From a virus: 64,000 bases of DNA. The stretch lies in IMG/VR virus record IMGVR_UViG_3300024344_002032, positions 1 through 64,000 of that record; one strand, 5' to 3'. Both the position numbers and the translations under genes were made by a program. Positions within the stretch are counted from its first letter, which is position 1. Each line of letters opens with the position of its first letter. Of this stretch, positions 9,370 through 20,209 are shown one piece after another. The notes below the pieces were generated by a model. The model was not told where the DNA came from, did not search any database, and saw only the letters and a program-made list of their open reading frames with translations.

Positions 9370-12300
9370 TTAACCTCCAAATACTATAGCCATAGCTGTT
9401 GCATGGTCAATTACTGAAGTATTATTTTCATAAACTCTTCCACTTGCATTTATATCTCCAGCAGTTTGAACTCTACCAAACGATCCTGTTACTGTAGATG
9501 AACCGCTAACATTCCCTGTTGTAGTTACAGTTGTAAATGTTGCAGCTGCTGCTGAACTAGCACCAATAGTAGTTCCATCAATTGCTCCTGCTCCAATATC
9601 TACGGTAGAAAGTGTAGAAGTTCCTGTAGCAGTAATTGCATCTATATAACCAGTATCAATATGAGCTTCTGCGAATTGTAATGCAGAAGTTCCTAAATCT
9701 CTAGCACTATCTGTAGATGGTACTATATCAGAGTCAAATCGACCTGTTACTGTAATTGTATCACTTGTTGCATCTCCTAAATCAACATCTCCAGTCGCTG
9801 AAAGTGTTGTAACTGTTGCGGCTGCGGCTGATTCTCCACCGATAACTGTTCCATCAATCTCACCAGCGTTGATATAAGCCGTAACAGGATCACCATCAGT
9901 TCCTAATTGATCTATGTAACCTATTCCATTTATATATAAATCTTTCCATTGTTTTGCTGAACTACCTAAATCATAAGTATTATCTGCATTTGGTATCAAA
10001 TTAGAAGTTAAATCTGCAGATATAGATATTGAATCTGAATCTGCATCTCCAAGAGTCATATTACCACCTATAGTAATATTACCTGTAAGATTTGTATTAC
10101 CACCAACTTCTAATCTACCAAACGATCCTGTAGATACCGAAGAACCGCTAACTTTTGAACTAACATGAACATATGAAAATGAGCCTGTTGCAATTGATGA
10201 ACCACTAATAGCTTGAGTAGCAGTCATCTGTGCAATATCAACTGCACCTGCTTCAAATGTTATTACATCATCTGCTGAAGCCCTAACTGAAGTATCATCG
10301 TCAGCATCTAAATCTATTCTTCCTGTTCCACCTACTGAAATACTACCTTGTCCATTTAAATCAATAGCATCTACAAATAATTCTCTAAATGCTGTTCCAC
10401 TTACACCCAAATCAATAGCGCTATCACTACCTGGTTTTACATTTGCACCACCTGGAGTTAAAGTTATATCTGCTGCTGCAGTTAGAACCATATCTGTATC
10501 TACATCGATGTGGTCATTTGCTCCATCTATTTCTAACTTATCTACTCTTGTGCTTCCACCTGTTATTGTTACTAAGTTTGATGAATGTGTTAATGTTACA
10601 TCTCCATTATCTAAGTTAATAACTCCATATCTGTATCTACATCGATGTGGTCATTTGCTCCATCTATTTCTAACTTATCTACTCTTGTACTTCCACCTGT
10701 TATTGTTACTAAGTTTGATGAATGTGTTAATGTTACATCTCCATTATCTAAGTTAATAACTCCACCACTACCTAAGTGTAAGTCATTCCATCCTTTACTT
10801 GAACTACCTAAATCATAAGTTGCATCTGCATCAGGTATAATATTTGATTTTATCTCACCACCAAGAACGATATCATCACCAGCCGCATCTCCTATATTGA
10901 TACTACCACCAAGTGTTATATCACCAGTTATATTTGCATTTCCTGTTAATTCTAATCTTCCAAAAGAACCTGTAGATACTGTAGAACCACTCACATTACC
11001 TGTAGTTATTATTGAATCAATATAAGCGTCTTTAAAGTATTGGCTTGAATTACCTAAATCAACATCACTATCTGAAGTAGGGCTTAGTACTCCATCTTCA
11101 AGGTCAAGTTGTCTCTGATTACCAGCATAGAAGTGAATTTCGTTTGGTGTACCAAAGTCTATCCTTGTTTCATTATCTTCACCAATTTTAATATCAGTTG
11201 CAAATAACGAAGTAATTGTTGTTTGTGCAGCATCAAGAACAAAATCTAATGTGTTATCACCATCTTGATAAGTAACACTAATACCTGTTTCAGTATTACT
11301 TCCAACCATAGCTCCTACAGTATCAGAAATTGTTTCGGATAATGTTGTTCCATTTATTGTTAATGCATCGGTCTCTAAAGTACCATCTATATCGGCATCA
11401 CCTAAAATTTCTAATCTACCAAACGAACCAGTTGATACTGAAGAACCACTAACTTTTGAAGTAACATTTACATATGCAAATGAACCTGTAGATACTGAAG
11501 AACCACTAATTGCTGTAGCAGATATGTCAGCGACATGCGCTCCGTCATCAGTTATCTTTATATCACCACCATCTACATCTATTTCTAAATCAGTTGCTAC
11601 ATCTAATTTTAATTTATCACTTGATGCGATTGTAAGATGAGTACCATCACCCTCTATTTTCTCACCATCATCACCAAAAGTTAAGCCGATATCAGCTGGT
11701 ATATTAATGTCTCCACCAGTACCTACTGTTATACTTAAATCAGTTCCATCAGATTCAAGTTTTTCACCCGTAGCGAATGTTAATCCAACACCTGATGGAA
11801 TGTTAACATCTGCAACTGCAGTTAAATTAATATTATTACCAGAAATTGTAAGGTCTGTTCCGTCTCCTTCAATTTTCTCGCCATCGTCTCCGAATGTTAA
11901 TCCTATATCAGCTGGTATGTTTATATCACCACCACTTCCAACTGTTATACTTAAATCTGTATCATCACTTTCTATTTTTTCATGAGTACCAAACATCAAA
12001 CCAACATTTACTGGTATTTTTACATCCGTAGTTGCTGTTAAATTCAATAAATTACTTGAAGCTATTGTTAAATCAGTACCATCACCCTCTATTTTCTCAC
12101 CATCGTCTCCAAAAGTAAGACCAATATTAGCTGGTATGTTTACATCACCTGTAGCAGATAAAGTTAAATCACCACCTGTATCTATATCTAATGCGCCAGT
12201 TGCATCTATCTCAGCGGCATCTATAGTGATTGTATCTACAGTAAGTTTTGGTGCTTCCAAAAATGCACTGGATGAAATTGCTGTTCCAGCGTGTCTGTAT

Positions 12301-14037
12301 CGTAAGAATGCTACACTTCCACTAACACCCCAATCTAAACCAGCGTTTTGCATAAGAGCTGAACTATTAGAACCACTTCCAACTGTAATCGTATGGTCAG
12401 CTACTTGTAAACTACCAACTTGAGCTTCAATTCTATTACCCGTTACAGTCAAATCTCCAGGTATTGTTACATCTCCGTTATTAAATGTAACTGTTTCAAC
12501 TAATGTATTTCCAGCTGAAGATAATGTTAAAGCCCCACTCGATGCTATAGTTAAATCAGTTCCGTCTCCCTCTATCTTTTCACCATCATCTCCAAAAGTA
12601 AGACCTACGTTAGCAGGAATATTAATATCTGTTGTAGCAGTTAAGTTTAAATCGTTACTCGAAGCTACTGTTAGGTCTGTACCATCTCCCTCTATCTTTT
12701 CACCATCGTCTCCTAAAGTAATTCCGATATCAGCGGGTATGTTAATGTCTCCACCCGATCCAACTGTAATTGATAAGTCAGTACCATCAGATTCAAGTTT
12801 TTCACCTGTAGCAAATGTAAGTCCTACACCTGATGGGATATTAACATCAGCTACTGCAGTAAGATTAATGTTATTACCACTTATAGTTAAATCAGTACCA
12901 TCACCCTCTATTTTCTCTCCGTCATCACCGAAAGTCATTCCTATATTAGCAGGTATATTTATATCTCCATTAGAACCAACATTGATACTTAAATCTGTTC
13001 CATCACTTTCTATGTATTCACCACTATCTTGGTGATCTTTAAATACTAATCTATCCCCTACAAAAACTTGACCAAATGAACCAGTTGCAGTAGAAGAACC
13101 ACTTACTATAGAAATAGCAGAAATATGAGCAAATGAACCTGTAGATACAGAAGAACCACTTACTTTTGCATTATCAATTACAAATGCACCATTATCTCCT
13201 ACTATTCTTGCAAATGAACCAGTTGAAGTAGATGAACCACTAATTCCACCACCGGCAACTGTTACTGAACTTGAACTTAATTCACCTCTCCAAGAACCAC
13301 TTATCATTGACATAGCAGATGAACCGAAAGTTGTAATGTCAGATTCACCTGTAAAAGTTACATTAGAAGCAGTAAGAGGACCTTGTATCTCTAAACCAGT
13401 TTTTAAAGTTTGTCCAACATATTGATATACCGTCATATATAGGTATTGTGAATCAGTTGGATCTACAGCAGAACTCTTAAATTGAAGAACACCTGTTTTA
13501 TAATCAAATTGATAATCGTTAGTTGAAACTATATCATCTCCATCTAATGAAGATGTGTTTGTTGAAGTTGATTTATATACAGCTGCTAAATATCCAGGAG
13601 TTGAATCTGCAGTTGTAGAAGTTGCCAATGATGCTACTGCATATTTTGGTGATATAAAATTAGTTTGTTGATTAGCATTTATTAACTGAGCACCAATACC
13701 GTCATTACTTCCCGTTGGATTTAAAAAGAACCAAACTTCATTATTAGTATTTGATTTTGTTAATTTATGTCTATACCAATATTTAGTTACAGTTTGACCC
13801 TCTTTGGTAAATTCTGCCATTCTTTGTGAACTACCACTATGTGGTAAACTTGAAGATGGAATTAGATGTGCTCTGGTGTATATCTCCTCACTTCTTAAAT
13901 CGTCTGGTGTATATCTCCTCACTTCTTAAATCGAGGACATTCGTAAATGACTCTTGAGCTGCTGTAAGAGTATTATGAGTATACCGTCTTGACGCTAATA
14001 GTCTATTCGATTTTGATCCTGAGTCTATTTGTCCCAT
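9370..14037 (-). CDS. Second long tail fibre/structural protein (1499 aa after removing two tandem duplications; split into pieces in the ORF track)
   Basis: Starts MGQIDSGSKSNRLLASRRYTH at 14037. Removing the 31-bp and 137-bp duplicate copies gives a single 4500-nt ORF. Contains about 10 EKIEGDGTDL repeats and repeated xLIPxADxTYDLGSS motifs. Confidence 0.85.
10488..10764. repeat. 137-bp tandem duplication with one mismatch
   Basis: 10488-10624 matches 10625-10761 except cttgtGcttcc vs cttgtActtcc. Confidence 0.95.
13872..13933. repeat. 31-bp perfect tandem duplication
   Basis: TCTGGTGTATATCTCCTCACTTCTTAAATCG occurs twice (13872-13902 and 13903-13933). Confidence 0.95.
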
Positions 14038-14045
14038 TTCATTCC

Positions 14046-16553
14046 TTAACTAAAAGTTAATGTGATATCATCTATTGGTGTTGGATCACCCTTATATCTA
14101 ACTATCACATATAGTTCATTATCATTACTATCTAAATACATTCCATCTGCATTTCTTATTGGAACTGTATATGTTCCACTTGAAATACTACCACCACTAT
14201 TTCCATACAAACTAATTGCTGTACTAAATGGATTTTTAAAATTATCTGCTGATATATCTGCTTCAATCAAGTTACTTGTGGTTTTTACTGGATCGTATAT
14301 CCTTGCCGTTCCTAAAGAACTATTATTACCACTTCCTTTTCCTGAACTCTCAAATAGTAATGCACATGCCACACCATTACTTGTAGAATTCCAAGCCACT
14401 AATGTCGTATTGTTAAGATTCACAGTCATACTTGACTTTGTTCCACTATCAGTTCGGAATCTTCGTATATAGTATTTATATGTTCCACTACCATAACTTG
14501 ATGGATACCAATATCTATAACTACCACCTGGATCTACCAAAAATCCTGGCTTTACTTGTAAATCATAATTACCTAACAATGGTGATGATCTACTCACATT
14601 ATAACTTGTAGTAAAAGCAGTTCCATCAAACTCCTGAACATTATCTGCTAATGCTATTCTAAAATCTTCTCCAGTAAATAATTCTGTTGTTCCTGTTAAA
14701 CTTCCACCATCATACCCTTGTGTTCTCTGATAAACTCCTAAAGAACCACTTGAAGCTGGTTGACCAAAAGTACTTGCAGAATGATAGAAAAATGTTTCTG
14801 TTTGTAAAGTAGAACGACTTGAAGCTCTATTTCTTCCTCGTACACCAACTGTAAATGTTGAATCAGTAAAAGTTGAAGATTGTTGTATATTATCGTCTGA
14901 AGCTCCACTCAAGGTATATGTAGCATTAAATCTTACAACATCAGTTCTTGTTGGAACTACACTTGTTGCTCTAACTGAACCACTATCTGAAGCAAATACT
15001 GCATTTGCTGTTGATATAGTTCCACCACTTGTAGAAACATCATCTATACCTGAACCTGCTACTGAACCAACACCGACTGAACCTATACTATCATCTACTA
15101 ATGTTGTTGATGCTGCATACATTGGATGAAATAATCCACGAACCGAAGCACTTACGTGATATGTAGCTCCAACCAAATAAGGTGCACCACTTAAACTTCT
15201 ACTTGTTGCAGTTAAGTAACTTTGTGTTACTTGTGCTATGGATAAACTATTAGTTCCTATATCTGTACTTATCTGATCAATTGGTGCCCAGAAATGTGTT
15301 TTTGTTGTTCCATTTACAAATTGATAATTTCCTGAACCACTTGCTATAGCAACTTTTAAATCATGGAATCTATAATAACCACTTGAGGATACACTTGTAA
15401 ATAATCCTTTAGTTGCATGATATTTTCTTGATAGAGAACCACTCATTTGACTTGTTCCACCTATATCAGCAAACTTACCATCTTGATATGCCGCAGGTAT
15501 AACTGCTGGAACATTAGTTGCTATCTTTGTTAATGTTATTCCACTTGTAGTACTGAATGAACTGTTTGTTAAATCTAATCTTGATTGTGTAGTGTATGTG
15601 TTAGATGCTGCTGTTGGTGTGGATACACTTCCTGTATCACTAAATGATTGTGTTGCAGAAACTCTAACTTTAAATGCATTTGCTCCACCACTTGATAATC
15701 CACCCATACCAAATAACTCTGTATCTACAGAAGAACTTACAGAAGTAGAACCACCACTATTTGAATCAAAATCTATATAATATGTTCCACCATTATCGTG
15801 ATAAGAAGTAATACCACTAAAAATTGTTCCACCCTCATTTACAAAATCTTTTGTATAAAGATATTTCATAGTTGCATTTGTACTATCATAACTTTGTGGT
15901 AAATAACCATCTACACTATCAGTTCCACCTAAATTTGTTTCATTTGTATCTACACTTGCAAATGTTTTTGTATTTGGTGAAGCGTCTGCAACATCTAAGG
16001 AATGACTTATCACTCCTGACATAAATCTTAAAATTTCACTTACATTAGTAGTGTTATCAAAATTGTTAAAGTAACTTCCCTCTAAATTACTACCCCAGGG
16101 ATTAGAAGTTGGATATCCATTTGTAATATTATTTGTAAAAATTGCTGTAGAACTTGAATATGTACCCTCTGAATTAATTCTTATAGTACCTGATACATGA
16201 TTTGAACCTGTAAGATATACACTACCACTTAAAATTTGATCACCTATAAAAGTATTAGAACCTGTAGTAGCGTAACTACCACTAAATTGTTGTAATGTAT
16301 CTAATCTTGCTTGGTTGTTTGTAGTTGTTGTAGCGAAAGATGCACTAGCTGCAGAAAATGAACCTGTAATATTAGCTTGAGCAGTAGTTCCAAATGTTAT
16401 ACCCTCTAAATAACCAAATGAACCTGTAGAAGAAACTGAAGCACTTATATTGTTACTGGCAGTTACATCCCCAATGAATGTGTGGGATGAACCTGAAAAG
16501 GTATATGAACCTGTAATCTTGGTATTTAATTGTTTGCTTGATAGCTTAGCCAT
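14046..16553 (-). CDS. Ser/Thr/Gly-rich virion structural protein (tail or baseplate associated)
   Basis: 835 aa, beta-strand-like, many SGS/TGS/SAS motifs, located in the tail operon. Confidence 0.7.
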   Translation of the reverse strand: MAKLSSKQLNTKITGSYTFSGSSHTFIGDVTASNNISASVSSTGSFGYLEGITFGTTAQANITGSFSAASASFATTTTNNQARLDTLQQFSGSYATTGSNTFIGDQILSGSVYLTGSNHVSGTIRINSEGTYSSSTAIFTNNITNGYPTSNPWGSNLEGSYFNNFDNTTNVSEILRFMSGVISHSLDVADASPNTKTFASVDTNETNLGGTDSVDGYLPQSYDSTNATMKYLYTKDFVNEGGTIFSGITSYHDNGGTYYIDFDSNSGGSTSVSSSVDTELFGMGGLSSGGANAFKVRVSATQSFSDTGSVSTPTAASNTYTTQSRLDLTNSSFSTTSGITLTKIATNVPAVIPAAYQDGKFADIGGTSQMSGSLSRKYHATKGLFTSVSSSGYYRFHDLKVAIASGSGNYQFVNGTTKTHFWAPIDQISTDIGTNSLSIAQVTQSYLTATSRSLSGAPYLVGATYHVSASVRGLFHPMYAASTTLVDDSIGSVGVGSVAGSGIDDVSTSGGTISTANAVFASDSGSVRATSVVPTRTDVVRFNATYTLSGASDDNIQQSSTFTDSTFTVGVRGRNRASSRSTLQTETFFYHSASTFGQPASSGSLGVYQRTQGYDGGSLTGTTELFTGEDFRIALADNVQEFDGTAFTTSYNVSRSSPLLGNYDLQVKPGFLVDPGGSYRYWYPSSYGSGTYKYYIRRFRTDSGTKSSMTVNLNNTTLVAWNSTSNGVACALLFESSGKGSGNNSSLGTARIYDPVKTTSNLIEADISADNFKNPFSTAISLYGNSGGSISSGTYTVPIRNADGMYLDSNDNELYVIVRYKGDPTPIDDITLTFS

Positions 16554-16833
16554 TGTCTTTTACCATTCTAAGTGTCTGTCTTTGTTCTGTTTTCTTTTGT
16601 TCCCACCAATTAGTGATAGATTTAGAAATATTCTTTCTATGTTGGATTGTTTTTGGTTGTTTCATTTTCTCAATGGTATCAACTGTAAGTTTTCTATCCA
16701 TTTGAGCACAAGATTTACAAACACTATTATTTCCAACCGCTCTATCAAAGGCATCTTTTCTTGTATAGGTTATCATCCTAGTACAATCGGGACATCTTCT
16801 ATTTTTTCTATTTGGCCAACTTCTTTTTCTCAT
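16546..16833 (-). CDS. Small basic Zn-finger/NUMOD3-like DNA-binding protein
   Basis: CPDC...CKSC followed by TIEKMKQPKTIQHRKNISKS. The likely start is ATG 16833, just after an ATATTTATT motif. Confidence 0.6.
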   Translation of the reverse strand: MRKRSWPNRKNRRCPDCTRMITYTRKDAFDRAVGNNSVCKSCAQMDRKLTVDTIEKMKQPKTIQHRKNISKSITNWWEQKKTEQRQTLRMVKDNG

Positions 16834-16869
16834 ACTAATAAATATCAAACAATGGTAAAAGAAATGTGG

Positions 16870-17850
16870 TTATGAGTCAAATTTTCCCCATGCTAAAATT
16901 TCATCACTAGCTTCTAAAACGTAACCTATACTATCAGTATCTACTAAAACTTGGAACAAACTACCACTCTGTTTTATTGTAATAGCGTCATGTTCCATAT
17001 ATTGACCATTTAAGAAAAATATAAAATCATTTTCTGATGTTGCTGTAAATCCACTTGGTGCAGATGCTGAAAGTGCGTTAAAACTTCCTGTCTTATATCC
17101 TGAGAAATCTCCAAAAGTAGCTGAACCAGTATATGATACCGCTTTCTTTACAAATTGTTTTCTTAGATAATTATCTCTTCCATCTACATAAGTTTTGGAT
17201 GTAGCAGCACCATTTGCTGATGGTGTACTTGGTAATCCTAATGGTTCACCATCACCACTAAAAGTTAGATTAGCTGCACTTGCCATTGTGGAAGTTGCTA
17301 ATCCTGTAATTGTTTTGTTTGTTAATGTATCTGTAGTAGAAACACCAACTATATTGATATTACTACCAGCGGCATTATCAATAGCCCACCTTGTTTCAGA
17401 ATGGTCAAATATTAATTGTGCATTAGTTCCACCACTTCTACCGACTCTTATTCCTGAATCTTGAGAACCTAAAGCAGTTGAACCTGTAAAATTTAAATCA
17501 ATAATTGGATCTTCTACTGTCATTGTAGCAGTATTTTGAATAGAAGACGAACCCTCAACAATCAAATCACCATGTATTTTTACCGAACCACTCATATAAC
17601 CAAGTGGGAATGAAAGTGCTAAAGTACTTCCTAAACTGCTAGTTGCATATAACCCACCCTGTATAGCTATATAACTTGCTGAAATATTCCCTTGCGCTAA
17701 GTCAAGTGAACCCGTACCAACATTTTCTGCAGCAAATGGTGCTTGTGTCCACTCATATAAACCACTTGATTGTGTTACTGCTGTGGATTGTAATACCTCT
17801 GAAGCCCTTTGTGCTGGTTTTGATTGTCGTTCTAAATCAATATATGCCAT
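16870..17850 (-). CDS. Virion structural protein (tail-associated)
   Basis: Fibre-like segment HGDLIVEGS...MTVEDPIIDLN and AATSKTYVD; C-terminal FFLNGQYME domain. Confidence 0.65.
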   Translation of the reverse strand: MAYIDLERQSKPAQRASEVLQSTAVTQSSGLYEWTQAPFAAENVGTGSLDLAQGNISASYIAIQGGLYATSSLGSTLALSFPLGYMSGSVKIHGDLIVEGSSSIQNTATMTVEDPIIDLNFTGSTALGSQDSGIRVGRSGGTNAQLIFDHSETRWAIDNAAGSNINIVGVSTTDTLTNKTITGLATSTMASAANLTFSGDGEPLGLPSTPSANGAATSKTYVDGRDNYLRKQFVKKAVSYTGSATFGDFSGYKTGSFNALSASAPSGFTATSENDFIFFLNGQYMEHDAITIKQSGSLFQVLVDTDSIGYVLEASDEILAWGKFDS

Positions 17851-18347
17851 TATGTTCTTCCTAACTGATAGTGAATTTCAACATCATCACTACTATTTAA
17901 ATCTATACCAAAAAGTTTACTGTTTTGTGCGTATTTTTTATATAATCTTACTTGTCTATAATTATCAACTAAGTTAAAGTCTGCTTCAAAAGTCTCAGTA
18001 TTTCCATTTGGACTTTCCTCATAAGATATACCATTAATAAACATATGAATATCTGCAATTTTATCAGTAGAGGCTAACCCTAAATCTAATTGATAATATG
18101 TGGACTCTTCTGAAAAATTGCTTAATTTGTAATTCTTTCTTTTTATGTTATATCTAACATTACCATCACCTAATCCTATAACATCTGCATTTTTTGTAGC
18201 ATAACCTTTTTTATTTGCCATCTGAAAAGGAACTCTATTACTATTAGTATCTTTAAACTCCATTACGTCAGCGTTAAACTTTGACTCACTTACTGGAGCC
18301 ATAAACTTTCGGTTTGAACCTTTATATCCTTGTAAAAATTCTCTCAT
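17850..18347 (-). CDS. Hypothetical structural protein
   Basis: 165 aa, translationally coupled on both sides; FING...DF...LNSSDDVEIHY beta-sandwich-like tail. Confidence 0.6.
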   Translation of the reverse strand: MREFLQGYKGSNRKFMAPVSESKFNADVMEFKDTNSNRVPFQMANKKGYATKNADVIGLGDGNVRYNIKRKNYKLSNFSEESTYYQLDLGLASTDKIADIHMFINGISYEESPNGNTETFEADFNLVDNYRQVRLYKKYAQNSKLFGIDLNSSDDVEIHYQLGRT

Positions 18348-19720
18348 TATGGACTCATTGTTTTTTGATAAACTATATTTAACTTATCGGTTGTTTTTAA
18401 ATTATAACCAGGACTTAAATTAGAACTATTTCCTTTTACTGCTAAATGTGTCTTAGAATATGTAGAAGACCCTGTTATGAAAAAATCTGCAGGATCGTTA
18501 CTATTTGTTTGATTATTATTGGATACTAAACTCATACCATTAGCTGCTACTTGTAAACTTCCTGTCAAAATTTCCATACTTGATGAATTAGAACCAAGTT
18601 GTAAATCATATAATTGTGTTGTTCCATCTTTTGATGAAGACTCTGAACCAGAAAGTATAAGTGTACTTTGCTGATAAAATAAGTTACCATATTCCATATT
18701 AATAACTGCTTTTGTATCTAAAGAACTTGTTGGTGATCCACTATTTCTCATAACAAACATCGTTTCACCACCATATATGTTTGTAAATTCTAAATCTTGT
18801 ATTTCTTGACCTACTGCATATGTCTTACCTCTAATAAAATCAGTTGTACCTGCTAATCCACTATTTCTTTTTGTTGTAGAAGTAAATGCTTTTAATGTTT
18901 GTGTTTTAGTATCTGGGTTAAAAAGTGAAGAAACACTCATATCTGTTTCGTCTATAACATCAATCTTTTTTGGTGTAATATATTTTTGTGTATTTATTTT
19001 ATCATTAAATGCTTCAGGAACTAAATAACCATATAATTGTAATGAAAATGTAGTCTTGATGAATCTTTCACCCTCACTCATTTCTGTAGAATCTTCAAAA
19101 GATTCTATGTTTGATTGAAACTTTAGTTTTCCTGGTTCTCCCCAATATGAACCATCAGCCCAATTTACCTTTTCTATAATCTTATTCATCTGTTCTATGT
19201 AAGCAGTGAATATAATACACTCATAGTTAAGTGTAACATAGTCAGGCATAGCTACATTATATAATTCTCTTTGTGGTAGTAAACCTCTGTCTGTTGAAAA
19301 TCTGTTGTATCTGTTTTGTGAAGAATATTTCTTTTCAAATGAGTAAAATAACTTTGGGTCGTTTGCATCAAGTTTATCTACTGCTATCTCAGACCTTTTA
19401 GACATAGATGTTCTTTTAAAAACAATTACTGGAGTAATCAATTGTCTTTTACTATCTCTCAAATAACCTTGTTTACGAATGGTAGCCCATCTTTCAGGAT
19501 TAGCATACATTAGTGGAACTTTTACTTCTTCACCTTGTTCCATTACACTAGGTTTAATAACTTCATTAAAATAATACATAATAGAAGCATCAACATCCAA
19601 TAAACCAACTTCTACATTTTTAACTGTATCGTTAGTTCTTCTTTTTATATTACCTCTATTTTGTGTACCACCATATTTGATAAGTCTTTCACTACGTGGT
19701 AATGGTTTTAATCTAGCCAC
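18347..19720 (-). CDS. Tail completion/sheath stabiliser (T4 gp15-like) with an extra C-terminal domain
   Basis: KVPLMYANPERW and MPDYVTLNYE...FSLQLYGYL motifs; follows the neck genes. Confidence 0.7.
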   Translation of the reverse strand: MARLKPLPRSERLIKYGGTQNRGNIKRRTNDTVKNVEVGLLDVDASIMYYFNEVIKPSVMEQGEEVKVPLMYANPERWATIRKQGYLRDSKRQLITPVIVFKRTSMSKRSEIAVDKLDANDPKLFYSFEKKYSSQNRYNRFSTDRGLLPQRELYNVAMPDYVTLNYECIIFTAYIEQMNKIIEKVNWADGSYWGEPGKLKFQSNIESFEDSTEMSEGERFIKTTFSLQLYGYLVPEAFNDKINTQKYITPKKIDVIDETDMSVSSLFNPDTKTQTLKAFTSTTKRNSGLAGTTDFIRGKTYAVGQEIQDLEFTNIYGGETMFVMRNSGSPTSSLDTKAVINMEYGNLFYQQSTLILSGSESSSKDGTTQLYDLQLGSNSSSMEILTGSLQVAANGMSLVSNNNQTNSNDPADFFITGSSTYSKTHLAVKGNSSNLSPGYNLKTTDKLNIVYQKTMSP

Positions 19721-20205
19721 TAATTACTCCTAATTCTTTCTATTTGTAAATTAGAACGTCTCACTAAGAATCCTGATAAAACTACAGACCAATTATTATC
19801 TACTTGTCCACCAACTAACTGATTTTCATTCATATTAGAAACTTCCCAATGACCAAAATTCCAATCTATAACATCACCAAGTTCAGGTCTTATATCTGCA
19901 TCTTGTAATGATTGTCTAAGTATAGCAAATGTAGCATTTTGTCTTAAATCTGGTCCAAACTCATCTGTATTAAAATCAAAATCGTCTGCAGTTATCAATG
20001 CTGCTACTTGAACACCTGGCTTATATAATTTACCAGCTGCTGCTTCACCATACATATTGGTTTTTGTTTCTTGTATAGAATGTTGATAAATAACAATTGT
20101 CTGATTTATTATACCATCTTGATTAGACGTTAAATCACCAACAAGTTCATTATTAACTCTATCCATGAAATCTTTGTCATTTTTTGAATAATATCTTGTA
20201 GCCAT
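19720..20205 (-). CDS. Head closure/neck protein (T4 gp14-like)
   Basis: NMYGE, DEFG and RPELGDVI motifs; synteny. Confidence 0.7.
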   Translation of the reverse strand: MATRYYSKNDKDFMDRVNNELVGDLTSNQDGIINQTIVIYQHSIQETKTNMYGEAAAGKLYKPGVQVAALITADDFDFNTDEFGPDLRQNATFAILRQSLQDADIRPELGDVIDWNFGHWEVSNMNENQLVGGQVDNNWSVVLSGFLVRRSNLQIERIRSN

Positions 20206-20209
20206 TTAA

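Noticed and set aside
4013-13035. Long plus-strand ORFs (e.g. 5528-6592, 7307-8731) rich in SVPSPSIFS
   Set aside because: They are antisense shadows of the repetitive fibre genes and have no independent motifs or SD sites.
3691-14037. Diversity-generating retroelement or invertase shufflon acting on the fibres
   Set aside because: There is no reverse transcriptase or recombinase in the window, the paralogous segments differ at synonymous rather than adenine-specific sites, and no inverted cassettes are present.
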